Source: Podarcis filfolensis (Eukaryota). Taken from it: 64,000 nucleotides of DNA. The position numbers and the translations under genes were made by a program. The notes under the pieces are model-generated. The model was given only the letters and a program-made list of their open reading frames with translations, had not been told where the DNA came from and ran no database searches. The first letter of the stretch is position 1. Every line of letters begins with the position of its first letter. Positions 26,960 to 39,323 of the stretch are shown here, piece by piece. Where the stretch lies: assembly GCA_964270895.1 (NCBI GenBank), contig OZ185449.1. One strand, 5' to 3'.

Positions 26960-27324
26960 CCCCCCGCCCCCGCTTATGTACCCTCATTTGATGGGGTGTG
27001 TGCAACCTGAGGCGGCTCCTACATAAAAGGTATCACTGCTGTTCCCTCTTCAAACCCCTCCTGGTACTAGGAAACAGTGGGGTGGGGAATGGCAAGGAGT
27101 CCGCTGGCCCATCCCTTGCCTGAACAATCTCTTCCTCCTCTCCCGACACATCCTGTGTGCCTCCCTCTGTCTCAGATCACTCTGACCCTTCTTCCTCCAC
27201 TCGGCCTGGCTTCTAGCTTATGGGTGGTGCCAAACCCCAGAAATCACTGGATCCCTCTCCTGGTGCCAAACCCAATAAACTCCCATGGCCCCCTGCTTCC
27301 ACCACACACTGCCAGTCGCCGCCA

Positions 27325-27550
27325 CATAGTGCATAGTAAAACCATGGGATTCACTTTGAGAGTATTGATGGCTACCAACTTGGATGGTGTTGAAAGCCAG
27401 TTAGGCATATCCATGGAAGATAAAGCTATCAAGGGCTACTAGCTACAATGAGTATTTTCTGCCTCCATTGTTGAAGGCAATCTGCCTTTGAATACCAGTT
27501 ACAGGGAATCTCATGTGGGAGAATGCTGTTGTGTTTGAGTCCTGCTTGTT
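27325..27550 (+). mobile_element. CR1 LINE 3' fragment
   Basis: MATNLDGVESQLGISMEDKAIKGY-stop resembles the CR1 ORF2 end, followed by CR1-like 3'UTR. Confidence 0.7.
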
Positions 27551-30500
27551 GGTAAAAAAAATCTTAAAATTTGCATTCGTACATGCAATTAATGAACATT
27601 AATGTGAATGTTGTATATTAATTGGAGATTGTAAGCCACACTGATACAACTGCTAAGCTATTACACCTCTTGTTACATCATGCTAGAGCTCAATTGTAGC
27701 CAAAATGAAGCTGTTTTAAAATATAAATGAAGGTACCATTTTTCTTTTAAATGTATGTGACATGTGGGATGCTATTGTGATACTTGTCTAGTTGTTTACC
27801 ACATAAATGTCCACTTGTTTGAGCAGTAAGGCACTTTCCAGTGTTTGGTAGAAGAACATAACAGATGAAGTTTGGGCAACATATTTAAGAGGATATATTT
27901 AAAGCTGGTCAAGGCTAAACTGAGGCACAATAACAGGCTGTTTCATTTTGTCATTTTTTCCCTGGACAAAGTAAATTTTCCTATGGGAGCAAAACCATGA
28001 AGGACATTGACATTAGGAAGGAAATGCTTTCTGTAAACTAACAATGATTTATCTCTTTGGGGAATTTATAATGAAATAGCTTGATCTTTATTTAATGATG
28101 TCATCCACTTTTTAAAGCCTTAGGTCTTTGTAGTTATTTGAAATTAAAGATTTGAGAAGAATCACACTTCAGATTTCAGCATGTATAGATGTATAGGAGC
28201 ACTTCGCATATCACAAAGGGACTTCTTCTGTACAGGTACAGGGTGTCTCCGTTCTTCAGGAATTACCTGCAATACATATCTCTATAAAAAAAAACCGTAT
28301 AACGTTATATACAATAGAGATACGTGCTGAAAAAATGTAACAGAACTAGCAGCCCTCAGAAACCAGAGTGGATAGGTGGCCACCTTAATGGTGCTATATA
28401 TTAAGAAAGTAGAGATATGGAGGGGAGAAATGTTTCTAAGTTACTGAGCCTACTTTGGTGTTTGCTATCATTTGTAACTGATTTATTACCCAGTGTGCCT
28501 TCTTTCATATGCTGTACCATAAGATTCTTTAAAGAGGGCAGAATGGAACTCAAATGTTTATTTCTTACATTTATACCCCTCATTTCTGCAATCATGGAAT
28601 CCAAGGTAACATACCTATGGCCCCCAGGAGCTCTCCATTCAGGCACTGACTAAACCCAGACTGGCTTAGCATCAGCAAAGGTGGTAGCTTCCTGTGCCTT
28701 CAGAGCACACACTGGGACTTTCAGAATGAAATAGCAGTCCAAGGGGACAATTTCCAAAGGGAAAATTGGGGTGGGAGGAGAAGCACCATAGTCCTGATCC
28801 AGATTACGACCCCTATGCCTTCTTTTTATAAATAAAGAAATGTGACCATTTCTAAGCTTCCTAATTAAAAATGCATTTAATGTAATTTGTCCCTCAAGCA
28901 GCGATGACTGTCTGTGGCAGTCTAAAATGTATCTTCCTGGCTCCCTGTTGTTTTCATTGGTCATCTCTTTGCATCTTCTTTCACAGAACTGCCTAGTTAG
29001 AGTCAAAACAGGGATTTGATTTGATTTTTTAAAAAACACCAAACATGTTCCTTTTATTTGTCTCTCTTTGGTGCCTGCAACACAGCAGATGTAACTTGCA
29101 GGCTTTCCACATATTGTACATTTTAATAGACTTTAGTGGGCATTTAGCAAAACACTGAAACAAGGAAAACTATGATTTTGCAATAGCCAGAGCTAAAGGC
29201 TTAACCCTTTTTACAACATGCTTATATTTTTCTTCTGTTTGACAGATTTCTTCTCTGATTTTCTTAAGCGTCTGTTTTGTGCCTGGTTCTTAACCAGGCC
29301 CAGAGTTATGGTTACATTAGCAATTAAGTAGGTAAGTATCTGGCCAAATTTCACATAGGCTATGTAGACCTTTACCCAACTTAGCATCAATAACACTTTT
29401 ATGCACCAAACCCAAAAGTTCCTTTAAAAACTTAAAATGTCTTCTGCTTGTTACTCAGTTCAAACTATGAGATTTGTGGCTCCCCATTCAGTCATTTCAT
29501 CAGCTTGAGATCTATCAGCTCCTGTTTCGTTTTATTAGGGCAAAATTAGTGAACTAAAAGTTTACACTCTGGAGGCTTAATGTGCTAATAAAGGATTGCA
29601 TAAGTTACCATTTGTTTATAGCACTTGAATGATTATTCATGGAAAAATTATGCAAAGGAAAAAACAGTGAGATCCTTGGGGATATTAAAGCTACGTGGTC
29701 AACTTTTCCGAATGTTCCTGCCACAGCTTTCTAAACAGCACTCGTCAGCTTCTGCTGGGCTTTTCTCAAGTTCCCCAAACAGTTTGTAATAATGTTTTAA
29801 TACCTTCTGTATGTTATTTCAGTGTATATGTCAGTGTCATCTTGACAATAATGTAAAGAAATAATGAAAACCAAGCATGTGTATTCCTGTGCCAAGTGAT
29901 TGGAAAATCATGCTAGACATCATTTGTTTCATTGGGAGGTATATGAACATTAATAGTATGCACAAGAAGTAGATAGGGTGGGGAACTAATAAACAGGAGG
30001 GGTATTTGGTAGCAGTTGACATCATTTATTGGGAACAAGCAGCCAAAATTACTTGCTCTCACGTGTATTTAAAAGCTGGAACTTCTGTCAATAAGACCAG
30101 TAACTCTGAAAAGGAGCTACAGAGATTAGTGTGAATACAGAGATTACACAATGTAGCAAATAAATTTTATTTCTCAACTGAGTGGTCTGCTGCTGTGGTT
30201 GAGCAACAGATTTCGGTAAACCCAGAACAGGGTTAACTTCTCAAAAGATCTAAAAATAAAAAAAGCAGCATTTTGATTTATAAGAAAAAGAACAACCAAA
30301 GTGTTTCAATTGGATTATGAGTAAAGCAACAAATCATACCACCTAATCCCTTATACAATAGAAAGGGTTTGACTGTGCAACTAGTTGTTTACTTTGGGTC
30401 AGCACTGAGTTTCCACTGGTTTAGTCACCAGCTGATCTATGTTGAAAACTTAAGGGCCTTGATTCAGGTGCCACGGGAAGCTCATTGTTTTAACTGCATT

Positions 30501-32793
30501 GTTTTGAATAATGCAGTTGTAGGCTGAGCTTGTCTGTGTTCAGCTGCCTCCTCCATCTCTTTGCCTACTGCCATCAAATCAAGTCATAGGGTTGACTTCC
30601 ATTGATTTCTGCACAAAAACAGGATGCTGCACTGGCTTTGCATGCAGAGGTAATGAGCAGATGTTAGTTAACCAGTTACTGGCCTCAGGATACTGTAGTG
30701 GAAGTGATATTGCTTTCAGTGATGTATTATTGTCAATAATGGGGAGCAGTGGCACTCTGTTGCCTTTGGGGCTTGGCTTTCTGTGAATATTTGTTTGTTT
30801 GTTTTGCTTTTATTCTGTGTATTCTGAATTGTATAGCATCAATACCACTCAAATGTTTAACGTATTTTATACTTTCCTGTGTGGCAGTGGAATAAAAATA
30901 CCAAAAAAATGGACCTGATCGCTGCCTTCATTTGTAGAAAATTAGCAACGTAACTGTTTATGGGTATGCATTGCATGCTGGGACTCACTGGTAACATAGA
31001 TTCAGATCACAATAGCACCTGAAGGTCTCCTTCAATCTTTCACTTTTGTTTATGCACATGGGATGTAAACAATACTTTCAGACACCTGGTCATCAATCTT
31101 ATGTAAGAGATAGGGATCATGTTGAAGTGTGTTCTCAGATTTTGGTTGAGGAAATGCTCTCCTTTATTAAAGTGTGACTAGTAAAATCCTGGTGAAACCA
31201 AGTGCTACATTTAGAAAATGTACCACAAAGTTGTCCCAGAACTCATCTTTTGATAAATTCTCCTCACTCTACTCACTAGCCCCATATCTCCCACCATGAC
31301 AGGCTTCAGAATGGATTCATAATCTCTTAACTGACAGTCTGCTACAATGGTATCAACAAGACTGAAGTAGAATGTCTAAGGGCTTATATTGCAGGACTGA
31401 ACCGATGGAACTTTGAGAAGCAGCAGTTAGTACACAAAATTCTACACACACACACACACGACAGTGTTTCTCATGCAACAACTTCTAGTGTGTGGTTCTG
31501 GTTACACCCCTGGACAAGAAATGAGCAGAGCTGCATTTTTGGAAAATGTTCTTGACCTTTTAATATAAGGCCTTCTCAGAAACTGCATAATGCCAAAGTG
31601 ACTCACCCTTCTAGAGTGCTGAGTGCTTCAAACCCTTATTGATCCACCAGGGCAGACATGCAAGAAGCTGCTTCAGTCACGTGTATGTGTGTGTGAGTGA
31701 AAGACAGAGAACAAGAACACATAAAATACACTTTCTTTTTCTGCAGTGACTGTAGCATAGAAATGTCCAAGAGGTTTCATTCCATATCCACTTTAGATCC
31801 TTACACTAGTTTTGTATCCTCCTTTCCAAAACAGGCCTTTCATTCTTCTGCTTATATTTTGTGTCAAATATAAGGCCTGGAGATGTGAAGGTTTGCTTAG
31901 TTTGCTTTCACCAATGGCACAGCTAAAATCTAGGACTTTGAGAAATAAAAAGAAAATAAAAGTAAGTTTCCACGAGAAATCTATGCCTTCTATATTTCTG
32001 TAACTCCAGGCTGGAGACTGGGCATAGAATATAAGTATGGCATAGTACCCTACTTTCACTAGGTGGCATCCAACATCTGTCAGTACATTCTTTATTCTGT
32101 GGGAAAGAGTTGCTGCTCTTTTGTTCACTGTAGTCAATGCCATGAATCCCAGAGTTCAAACTTTTTTTTAAGGAAACATGCTTGCCCAACTTCCCTGCTT
32201 CATGCATGGTTTACCTGCAATTAGCGTATCTGAACCAAGTTTTCACCAAATGCAGAGTAATGTTAGTTTTAGATTAAGGTTCACATATATTTACTCTGAT
32301 GCACTTCATCACTGCTGAAATTGAAACCCACCAATGTGATTTTGGGCCACTTAAAGCATTCAAAAATTCCTACTCAGATAGCACTTTCATATAGCAAGAG
32401 CATCAAACCCATATTTATATTTGTCACATGTTGATTCCATGCATGCCTGTTCCACATGTACAGGCTTTGGTCAGCCAGAGTGAATCCCATCATTGCACTA
32501 TGTCCAGGTTTCACTCTTTTTCATATATGTACTGTTTCCACTGTAGGATATGCAGAAGACTTGAAGCAGTCCTTACCCCTCTCCTCTCAGCTGCCTAAAT
32601 CCTAAAGCCCCTATAGAAACCAGTCCTTTCGTGGAGCTTTTTAGCAGAGTCTGAAATGTCAATAATATGTAGGAGCAGAACTCTCTTTCCATTCCTTGGA
32701 CATTATTGCTTTAGGACCTGTTGTCTCAGCTGAGACAATCTTGTTTCCATCTGGTAGCAATTCTTCAGCCACCTATAGCTAATTCTGTTTCTC

Positions 32794-32830
<37 letters not shown>

Positions 32831-32857
32831 TCATTCTCACACACACACAGAGAGAGA
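32794..32857. repeat. Compound (CT)n(CA)n(GA)n microsatellite
   Basis: Direct reading. Confidence 0.95.
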
Positions 32858-33531
32858 ATTATCTTCAGCCAACTTGAGGAAACCACTTAAAAACTTGATA
32901 ACTCTGTTTCATCTCTGTTGCTTTGCGTGTGTGCTAGCTAAAAATGTGTAGCTTGTTGGCACAAAGACCTTCTCAAAGTTCCAGAGCTGACATCTGTCTG
33001 GCTGTGATTTACATGGAACATCCTTGCGTTTCCCATAGATACTCATGCTACAAGTCAATACTAACAAACTGTTTACAGACGGGTAGGGTTACAAACCAAA
33101 CTCAAAGCATATGTTTTTGTTAGAAATTGAAGATTACGCCCGACATATTGTTCTGGCTCTGTATGTATGCTTTTGACAAGTCTCATTAAAGTAATAGAAA
33201 AGCCAGTATTTTTTGTGTGGGGCTTGGTCTCAAAACTATTCTTGCACATAATTTTGATGACAAATTGCTATTTTTGTTTAATTGGATAGATTCTTAATAG
33301 GAATGGATGGTGTAATTCCAGCAGGCCAGAAGCAGTGTTTGGGGAAGCACCTGCCATTTGAGGTCAATGACAGTCGTCTTTAAGCAGATGCCACTTTCCT
33401 TCCTTTCCCCCCCCACATAATTTCCATCTGTCTCTACAGGGTCATTCAGCTCTTCCAAAAGCAAATAACATGACACCTAGCAATGTCTTTTCTCAGCATC
33501 AGTTTAGCATTAATTGGTGTCTATTTTGTAG

Positions 33532-33658
33532 GTCCGTCAGAGGTGTCAGCAGCTATGAGGTTCAGCAGGAGACCAACTTGTCCTGATGCCTCGGTGGCAG
33601 CCAGCCTGCCAACTCCTCCTGTACCACGACACAGGAAGAGTCACAGCCTGGGAAACAA
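33532..33658 (+). CDS. RALGPS1: RALGPS1 coding exon (127 nt, phase 1 to 2) with the PxxP motif: [42 protein letters not shown]
   Basis: ttttgtag acceptor and AA|gtgggt donor; [17 protein letters not shown] is characteristic of RALGPS1; phase fits the previous exon. Confidence 0.96.
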
Positions 33659-34524
33659 GTGGGTGTTCCAATCTGCATCATCTTTCTCAGCTCTTACAGT
33701 TTACTCAGACATCATTAAGGTTTAATTCAGCAATTGAAAACTTACTGAGAGCAGAAATATTCTTCCCAGTGGTCCCACTCCCGTTTTCTAATCTTACAGG
33801 AGTGACACTCATTACTAGTAAAACATCTACCTCAGAACCTCCTTGTCTTATCTTGCAAGTGCTGGACTTTCTGCCTTTTTAGACAAATTCTAGTGCCATT
33901 CTTACCCCCAAACTCTGTGGGAGTTGGTATATCACCAGATATACCAATTTTTTTTTTGTTTAGTTTCCAATTTACAGGCCAAATAAATTGTGCCTCTGCC
34001 TCACCTAGGCTTTCTGAAATAAGTTTTACCGATAGATTTGGGAAGTTTCAACACAGTGGGAAGCATCAGCTTTTCAGATAAGATTTCCAGCATTCTACTT
34101 ATTCTACCACTGTTAGGAATCTTTGAATTAATACTTATTACTTGCCCAGCATCATCTCATTGAATTTGCTTGGATAGGAATTCAGGACTATTGAATCTCA
34201 TGGCCTGCAACACTGTAACCAAGCAACTTTTGTAGAAACATCGGAGGAAGAACTTGAAAACTCCCAGATCCCCATCCTATGTTAAGGCAATAACCACTTA
34301 AGTATACAGGCTGCTTGACCTCACTTCTTAAATAGATTATCAGGCAGCCAATGAGGAGCGTATTAAAGGTCCCATTAGCTACCTTCCACTTAGGACTTGC
34401 AGACATTTATGATCATCATACAGTGAGATGATGTCCATGTGGAAAAAAAAGCAGGGAATAAATGGATGTTATCAGATTACATAAGAACATTTTGCTTTTT
34501 CCCTCCCCTTTTCCAATTTTCCAG

Positions 34525-34676
34525 TATGATGTGTCAGTTCAGTGTAGTTGAAAGTAAAAGCGCAACGTTCCCAACAGAGAAACCACGCCACCTGCTGGAT
34601 GACAGTGTGCTAGAGTCCCACAGTCCTGTCAGAAACAACACATTAAACTCTGTTTTCACCAATGGTATTTCCATAG
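34525..34676 (+). CDS. RALGPS1: RALGPS1 coding exon (152 nt, phase 2 to 1): [51 protein letters not shown]
   Basis: Strong pyrimidine tract ending ttccag, G|gtaagt donor; matches RALGPS1 [31 protein letters not shown]. Confidence 0.96.
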
Positions 34677-36037
34677 GTAAGTATTCAATGGTTTGGATAC
34701 AAAAGTCTCACTGATTCTCTGCCTGCTTTGAAGCTCAGAGAGGCTCCTAGAAATGCAGAATCAGGAGGTAATAATTTCAGGACTAACAATAATTGGTCAT
34801 TTGGAGAGAAACATTTTAAAAGTAGTGAAGATCTGCTTTTTGCTTGCCTAGAAACCTCACATGACTCACCTCTCTCTTGTTTGTCTCTGTCTTCCTATCA
34901 AGAAGTAACTTGCTAGATTGTGGCAGCTGTGTCATAGGGAGTACTCAGTTCTTTTTCAGTATTGTTCTTTTTCTGTGAGTTGTGGCAGCACTTCTGTAAA
35001 ATAGAGAAATGCTACTGAAGCCAGGAGAGCACAAGCTACTTGTAGGAATGGTCTCGGTAGGAAGTGGAAAGGTGTTTCACAAAGCTTAGCATAAAGTTTA
35101 ACTTTGGCTGCAGATAAAATACATTATCAGCTGTTAGGAAAGAAACAGCTATTTTGAGGGGTGTTTAATGGCCAGCACCTTTCAGTGTGGATTTTAGTGG
35201 AGTAAAAACTCTTCTGATTTAGACACTGAGGAAAACTTGTCTGATTTAGAGGCTGGTTCCCAGGGCATGAATTTCCGTTTGCAAGAACCTACTTCGTTGG
35301 ATGCATGATGCACTGTGCTTATCACTTAATAACCTGAATGTGAAAAAGTGCCATTGTCATCTATTGCCTGATCAGCCATCACAGTTCATTGTCATGTTGT
35401 GCAGTTCCTTTGCAGTGGAAACCAACCTGGGATTTGGGAATCTTCTGTTGCTGTGGTGGCTGCTGCTTTACTGAGCACCTGAACAAAAGAAAATCCAAAC
35501 AGTCCAAATTTGGAAAAGCAAATGAATTGGTTACACTGGTAACTTTAAGTTGCCTTTGAGTAAATGTAATGGGAAATTACTGGTTTAAAAAGCTCTGATT
35601 GAGTAATAAGAGGATGAGGAGAAGTAAGGCATCAGGCTGATTTGTCATGGCACCGTCACCTGCTTCATGTTACCTGTCCTGTGTCTTGACTAAAGGGAAA
35701 TCAGTCATATATTTGGTGTTTGTGCTTTCTCTTTGGCTGGTATGATTATGTTTAATCACTGATGTAGCAGTGTTAATCAGAAGGTACTATACAACATGCA
35801 GCTGTGTGAAGATAATAAAAACTGAAGGACAATTTTTAAATATTTTATACCTAGAAAACTGCAGTGCTACATTGGTCAGGGTAACATTTCCCCCAGGAGC
35901 AATTTCTTACATCACTTTCACTCTGGCCTCTTAAGTCTGGCTTCTGTGGTGTATTCTGGAAGTTTCCTAAGGCAAGTGGACTTCTTCTGCATTTACTTTT
36001 TCTTGTTAACAGATCCCTATGTCCTTTTGTTTTGTAG

Positions 36038-36089
36038 GAAGCAGTGAAAGCTCAGAATTTAGTGAGGAGCCTTCTTCAGGACTTGAAAG
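36038..36089 (+). CDS. RALGPS1: RALGPS1 coding exon (52 nt, phase 1 to 2): GSSESSEFSEEPSSGLE
   Basis: ttttgtag acceptor and AG|gtgagt donor; matches GSSESSEFSEEMSSGLE. Confidence 0.95.
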
Positions 36090-38400
36090 GTGAGTGTCCT
36101 CTTTGCCAATAAATAACCTTCAATTAATGGTATAAGATGTTAGTTGCACTGTAGTTTATATGTACTGAACCCATGTTTCAGTTTACTTCAAGGAATTAAT
36201 CAGGTCCTGCAGGGTAATTGTGGCCATAAATGCAGCCATTCTGAGGTTGGGTGGAAGCTCTGTCACTCCAAATATTCACTGTGTGTATCCCCTATATTTT
36301 GTGCTTCCTACACTACATTTAGCTCTTATTATCCCATCAAGCTATAAAATAAACATTTTTCAAACCTACCTTAATAAGAAAACATGACATCTAACTTGTC
36401 AATATTGGGCTTTTGTCATAAACCAGAGTCCACATACCCTTTCTGCTTACAACACCTTCTTAGAAAGCCACAAATACAGCCCCATTTTCATTAAGCAAAT
36501 CATGTTCAACTATGTTGAATAGCTAATTCCTCATAAGAAATTAAGCCAAATACATCTGCCTTGTCTAGCACATATCAGAGGTGAAATCTGGTCCAGTTCA
36601 GACTTGATAGGCCTTAGTGCAAATGGACTGAGTGGCCTTGAGAAGTCCCACAATTTTATTTACTAAGCTGCAAAATTTTCCAACAAAAGAGCTTTGAGAT
36701 AAATAAGAGTAAAATTGTTGAGTCCTTTCCACACTGGAAAAAGGTGTAGTAAAATGATGCGTTAGAAATTATTCAGGAAAATATCTCTCTCATAATGATC
36801 CTTCTTTTGCTGATTTGATCCTTCCAAACAACATTTGGAAGGTCACCAGTAAAGTGTACAGATTCTGGTACCTCATCTTGCCAGTCACCCTTAGGAATGG
36901 GCTTCCCTCCCGCCTGCACACAGTGGCAGGAGCACACCTCCATCAATACTTTCACTGACACCTGCTGGGGAAAATATGTTTTTATGCCTTTTCTGGGGTG
37001 ATGCTTATTTCTTATGCCTACAATCACCAGGCACTATATTAAAAGAGGATGCAAGAAATATTTCATGGAGCACAATGATCGTAGTTTCACACTCTCAGTG
37101 CAAGGAGGGTATGGCCACCATCTTGTTTCATATTTACTGGGTGCACAGTACTTCTGTTTATTATACTGTACATGATATCACATCCTATTTCAAGAAATAA
37201 AATTCAGGTTTTCTTTTTCTTGCTGAATGTGTCCTTATTTAAAGTGCAGTAAATTGGCAAAGGTAGGGAGAGTTGCACTTAGATAAAGCAAATATTATAT
37301 TTTTGAGTTTAGAGCCTTTTGTGTGAGTAACGAAGTCAGGATAGAAAATGTCATTTATAATCTTAAGAGGGTTGGTCTTCCATTGAAACTGTTTGCCTGA
37401 GTTCTGTGTGTTGATAGTTGTAAACTAGGAATAGAAGAAATTGATACAAGGGACACAGTGTCCAAGAACACATTACAAAATCAAGTTATGCAGCTTCAAC
37501 ACAGCCAGATTCATTATTCCAACTGATGAACTAAAAAATAATAATACATTGTTATTTTTTAGGAAATCTCAAATTTTGGCCATGCCATTATTCAGAAATT
37601 TAGCAAAAAAGGGCAGGAGAACTGAAATGTTCACCTCTGAGAAATGCCTTCATTGTAGCTGAAATACATCGCTTGTGCTAGGGATATTCTCCCCTCAAAC
37701 AGAATCTCCCACACTGTAAGGAGTCAGGTACAGCTTGCTGATTGACTCCTTCTGCTGAAGGGCTCCCAACCACCCAGAGCAGTCCTGCTTAGCAACACAG
37801 AAGCTAGATTTTCTTTGAACTCAACAGTCTGATGAACATTTAAGCATGCTACCCCTACCCCACAAAAAATCTCTCCCCAACTGATATATCCTAGGTAGAG
37901 CCTATTACAGGTAACACAGGGAAGTTTTTTTGTGGTGTGCCTTCGGGCTTCTCCCTCCCCTCCACTGCCTGTTTCTCATGACCAGGGCAGGAAAGGAGCT
38001 CATAGATTGCTTCAATTTGATGCTTGGAGCTGGAGGCATATGTTTTGGTATCAAAACCGGGGAGCAAAGGACGTTCCAGCCTCAGGTCTAGGCAGGTGTA
38101 CGGGTTTCGAGCGGAGCTACTAGAGCTACTAGTGCGAGTTATTTTAGATGCCCAGAGGGTGGATTCTTCAGACTGGAGTAATCAGAACTGTTTCTTCAGG
38201 CTCTGTCCTGCCTTTCTCTGATTTAAGAGGGGATAAGGCACATACCCAATTTCTGTTACAAAGATGCTATCCAGCAAGGCATTTAAAAGGCAGTTTCATG
38301 TTTCAACCTTGCCCAGACCACAAATCCTAGGTGCCCTCAGGCAATGAGCAAGGGTAGTAAATGCCTTAAGAACTAATTGGATTACACCGCATCCTCCCAT

Positions 38401-38926
38401 ATCTTGCTTTATTGCGGTCTACACACCCAAAATACACAGTACAACAATAGTAAATATCAACAGTTATTAAGGTGTAAAATTGGCCTTGCTAGCCAACATA
38501 GGAGTTTCAGCCTATACATAATGGTTTCTGATTTTTACTGCCTCTGAGAGGAATTTTGCTACAGCCAGTGTAGTAGTATCAAACTTATCCTCAAGGAGAA
38601 CCTTGACATGAAATGAGTCAGCAATTCCCGGTTGTTCTGTTAGTATTAGATTGATTAGATGCTTTCTAACCCGTTTATATAGACTACAATGCAATAAAAT
38701 GTGTTCCATACATTCAACACCCTGGGAACATGGGCACAGCCTGTCTTAGTATGGGAAACCAGCCAATCTTCCCCTCAGCACTTCAGAACAGAAAACATTT
38801 AATCTGGCTTTGGAAAACAGATGCCGATAGTTAGATACAGTCAAATTCTTAAGGTAGGGAGATGACAAAAGAACCCTGAAGGTATTGGATTCCTGACACA
38901 GATGGACCACAGGGCACATGTGAGCA
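38401..38926 (-). mobile_element. 5'-truncated non-LTR retrotransposon 3' end (clade uncertain, possibly RTE-X-like)
   Basis: Minus-strand ORF2 C-terminus YLKNLTVSNYRHLFSKARLNVF...PY*DRLCPCSQGVECMEHILLHC...TTTLAVAKFL with a CCHC-like knuckle and one internal stop; 3' end gaccgcaataaa. Confidence 0.8.
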
Positions 38927-39027
38927 ACATGCAAATTTGTGAACCATTCCATATTTTTTGTGCTTGCTTGGGCAGCACATAAACTAAAATTGGAGCAATA
39001 CAGAGAAGATTAGCATAGTCCCTGCTC
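38927..39027 (+). pseudogene. RNU6: Circularly permuted U6 snRNA retrocopy: U6 nt 76-107 (38927-38959) followed directly by U6 nt 1-68 (38960-39027)
   Basis: Compared with the recalled vertebrate U6 sequence: 28/32 and 60/68 identity, ACAGAGAAGA box intact, all seven U6 CpGs mutated, no TATA upstream of nt 1. Confidence 0.93.
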
Positions 39028-39030
39028 TTC

Positions 39031-39112
39031 ATACTCAGAGTAGACCCATTGAAATTAACATGCATGACTGACTTAGGTTCATTACTTCCAGTGAGTCTAC
39101 TCTAAGTAGAAC
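39031..39112. mobile_element. Short palindromic MITE family (other copies about 4151-4233 and 50648-50718)
   Basis: ctcagagtagacccattgaaatt ... gagtctactctaag inverted arms recur three times in the window. Confidence 0.6.
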
Positions 39113-39323
39113 TGAGTTTACTATAAGCTTTTGATTGTCTTTGCTGAAAGAGACAAAAAAAGGCTACCACTATGGAAATTTTCACAAAGAAGTTGAGGAC
39201 TTCTCCCTGGGACTGAGAGTCCAATTACAGAATGTTGTGGAGTGGTCTTGTCTACATTCCATCCTCCCTTCCTTTCAAGAAGAAAGCACTTGCCAGATTT
39301 GATTGTTTCCCATTCTAGGCAGG

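Noticed and set aside
1-33531. Nested antisense ANGPTL2 gene, which lies in a RALGPS1 intron in mammals
   Set aside because: No fibrinogen-domain or coiled-coil exons found on the minus strand; the host intron is probably upstream of this window.
33659-33725. Read-through of the weak gtgggt donor to an intronic stop
   Set aside because: The short open frame is unremarkable and the downstream exons are intact and in phase.
38960-39027. Functional U6 snRNA gene
   Set aside because: 3'-truncated, permuted, all CpGs mutated, and no TATA at about -30 (that position is occupied by the U6 3' fragment).
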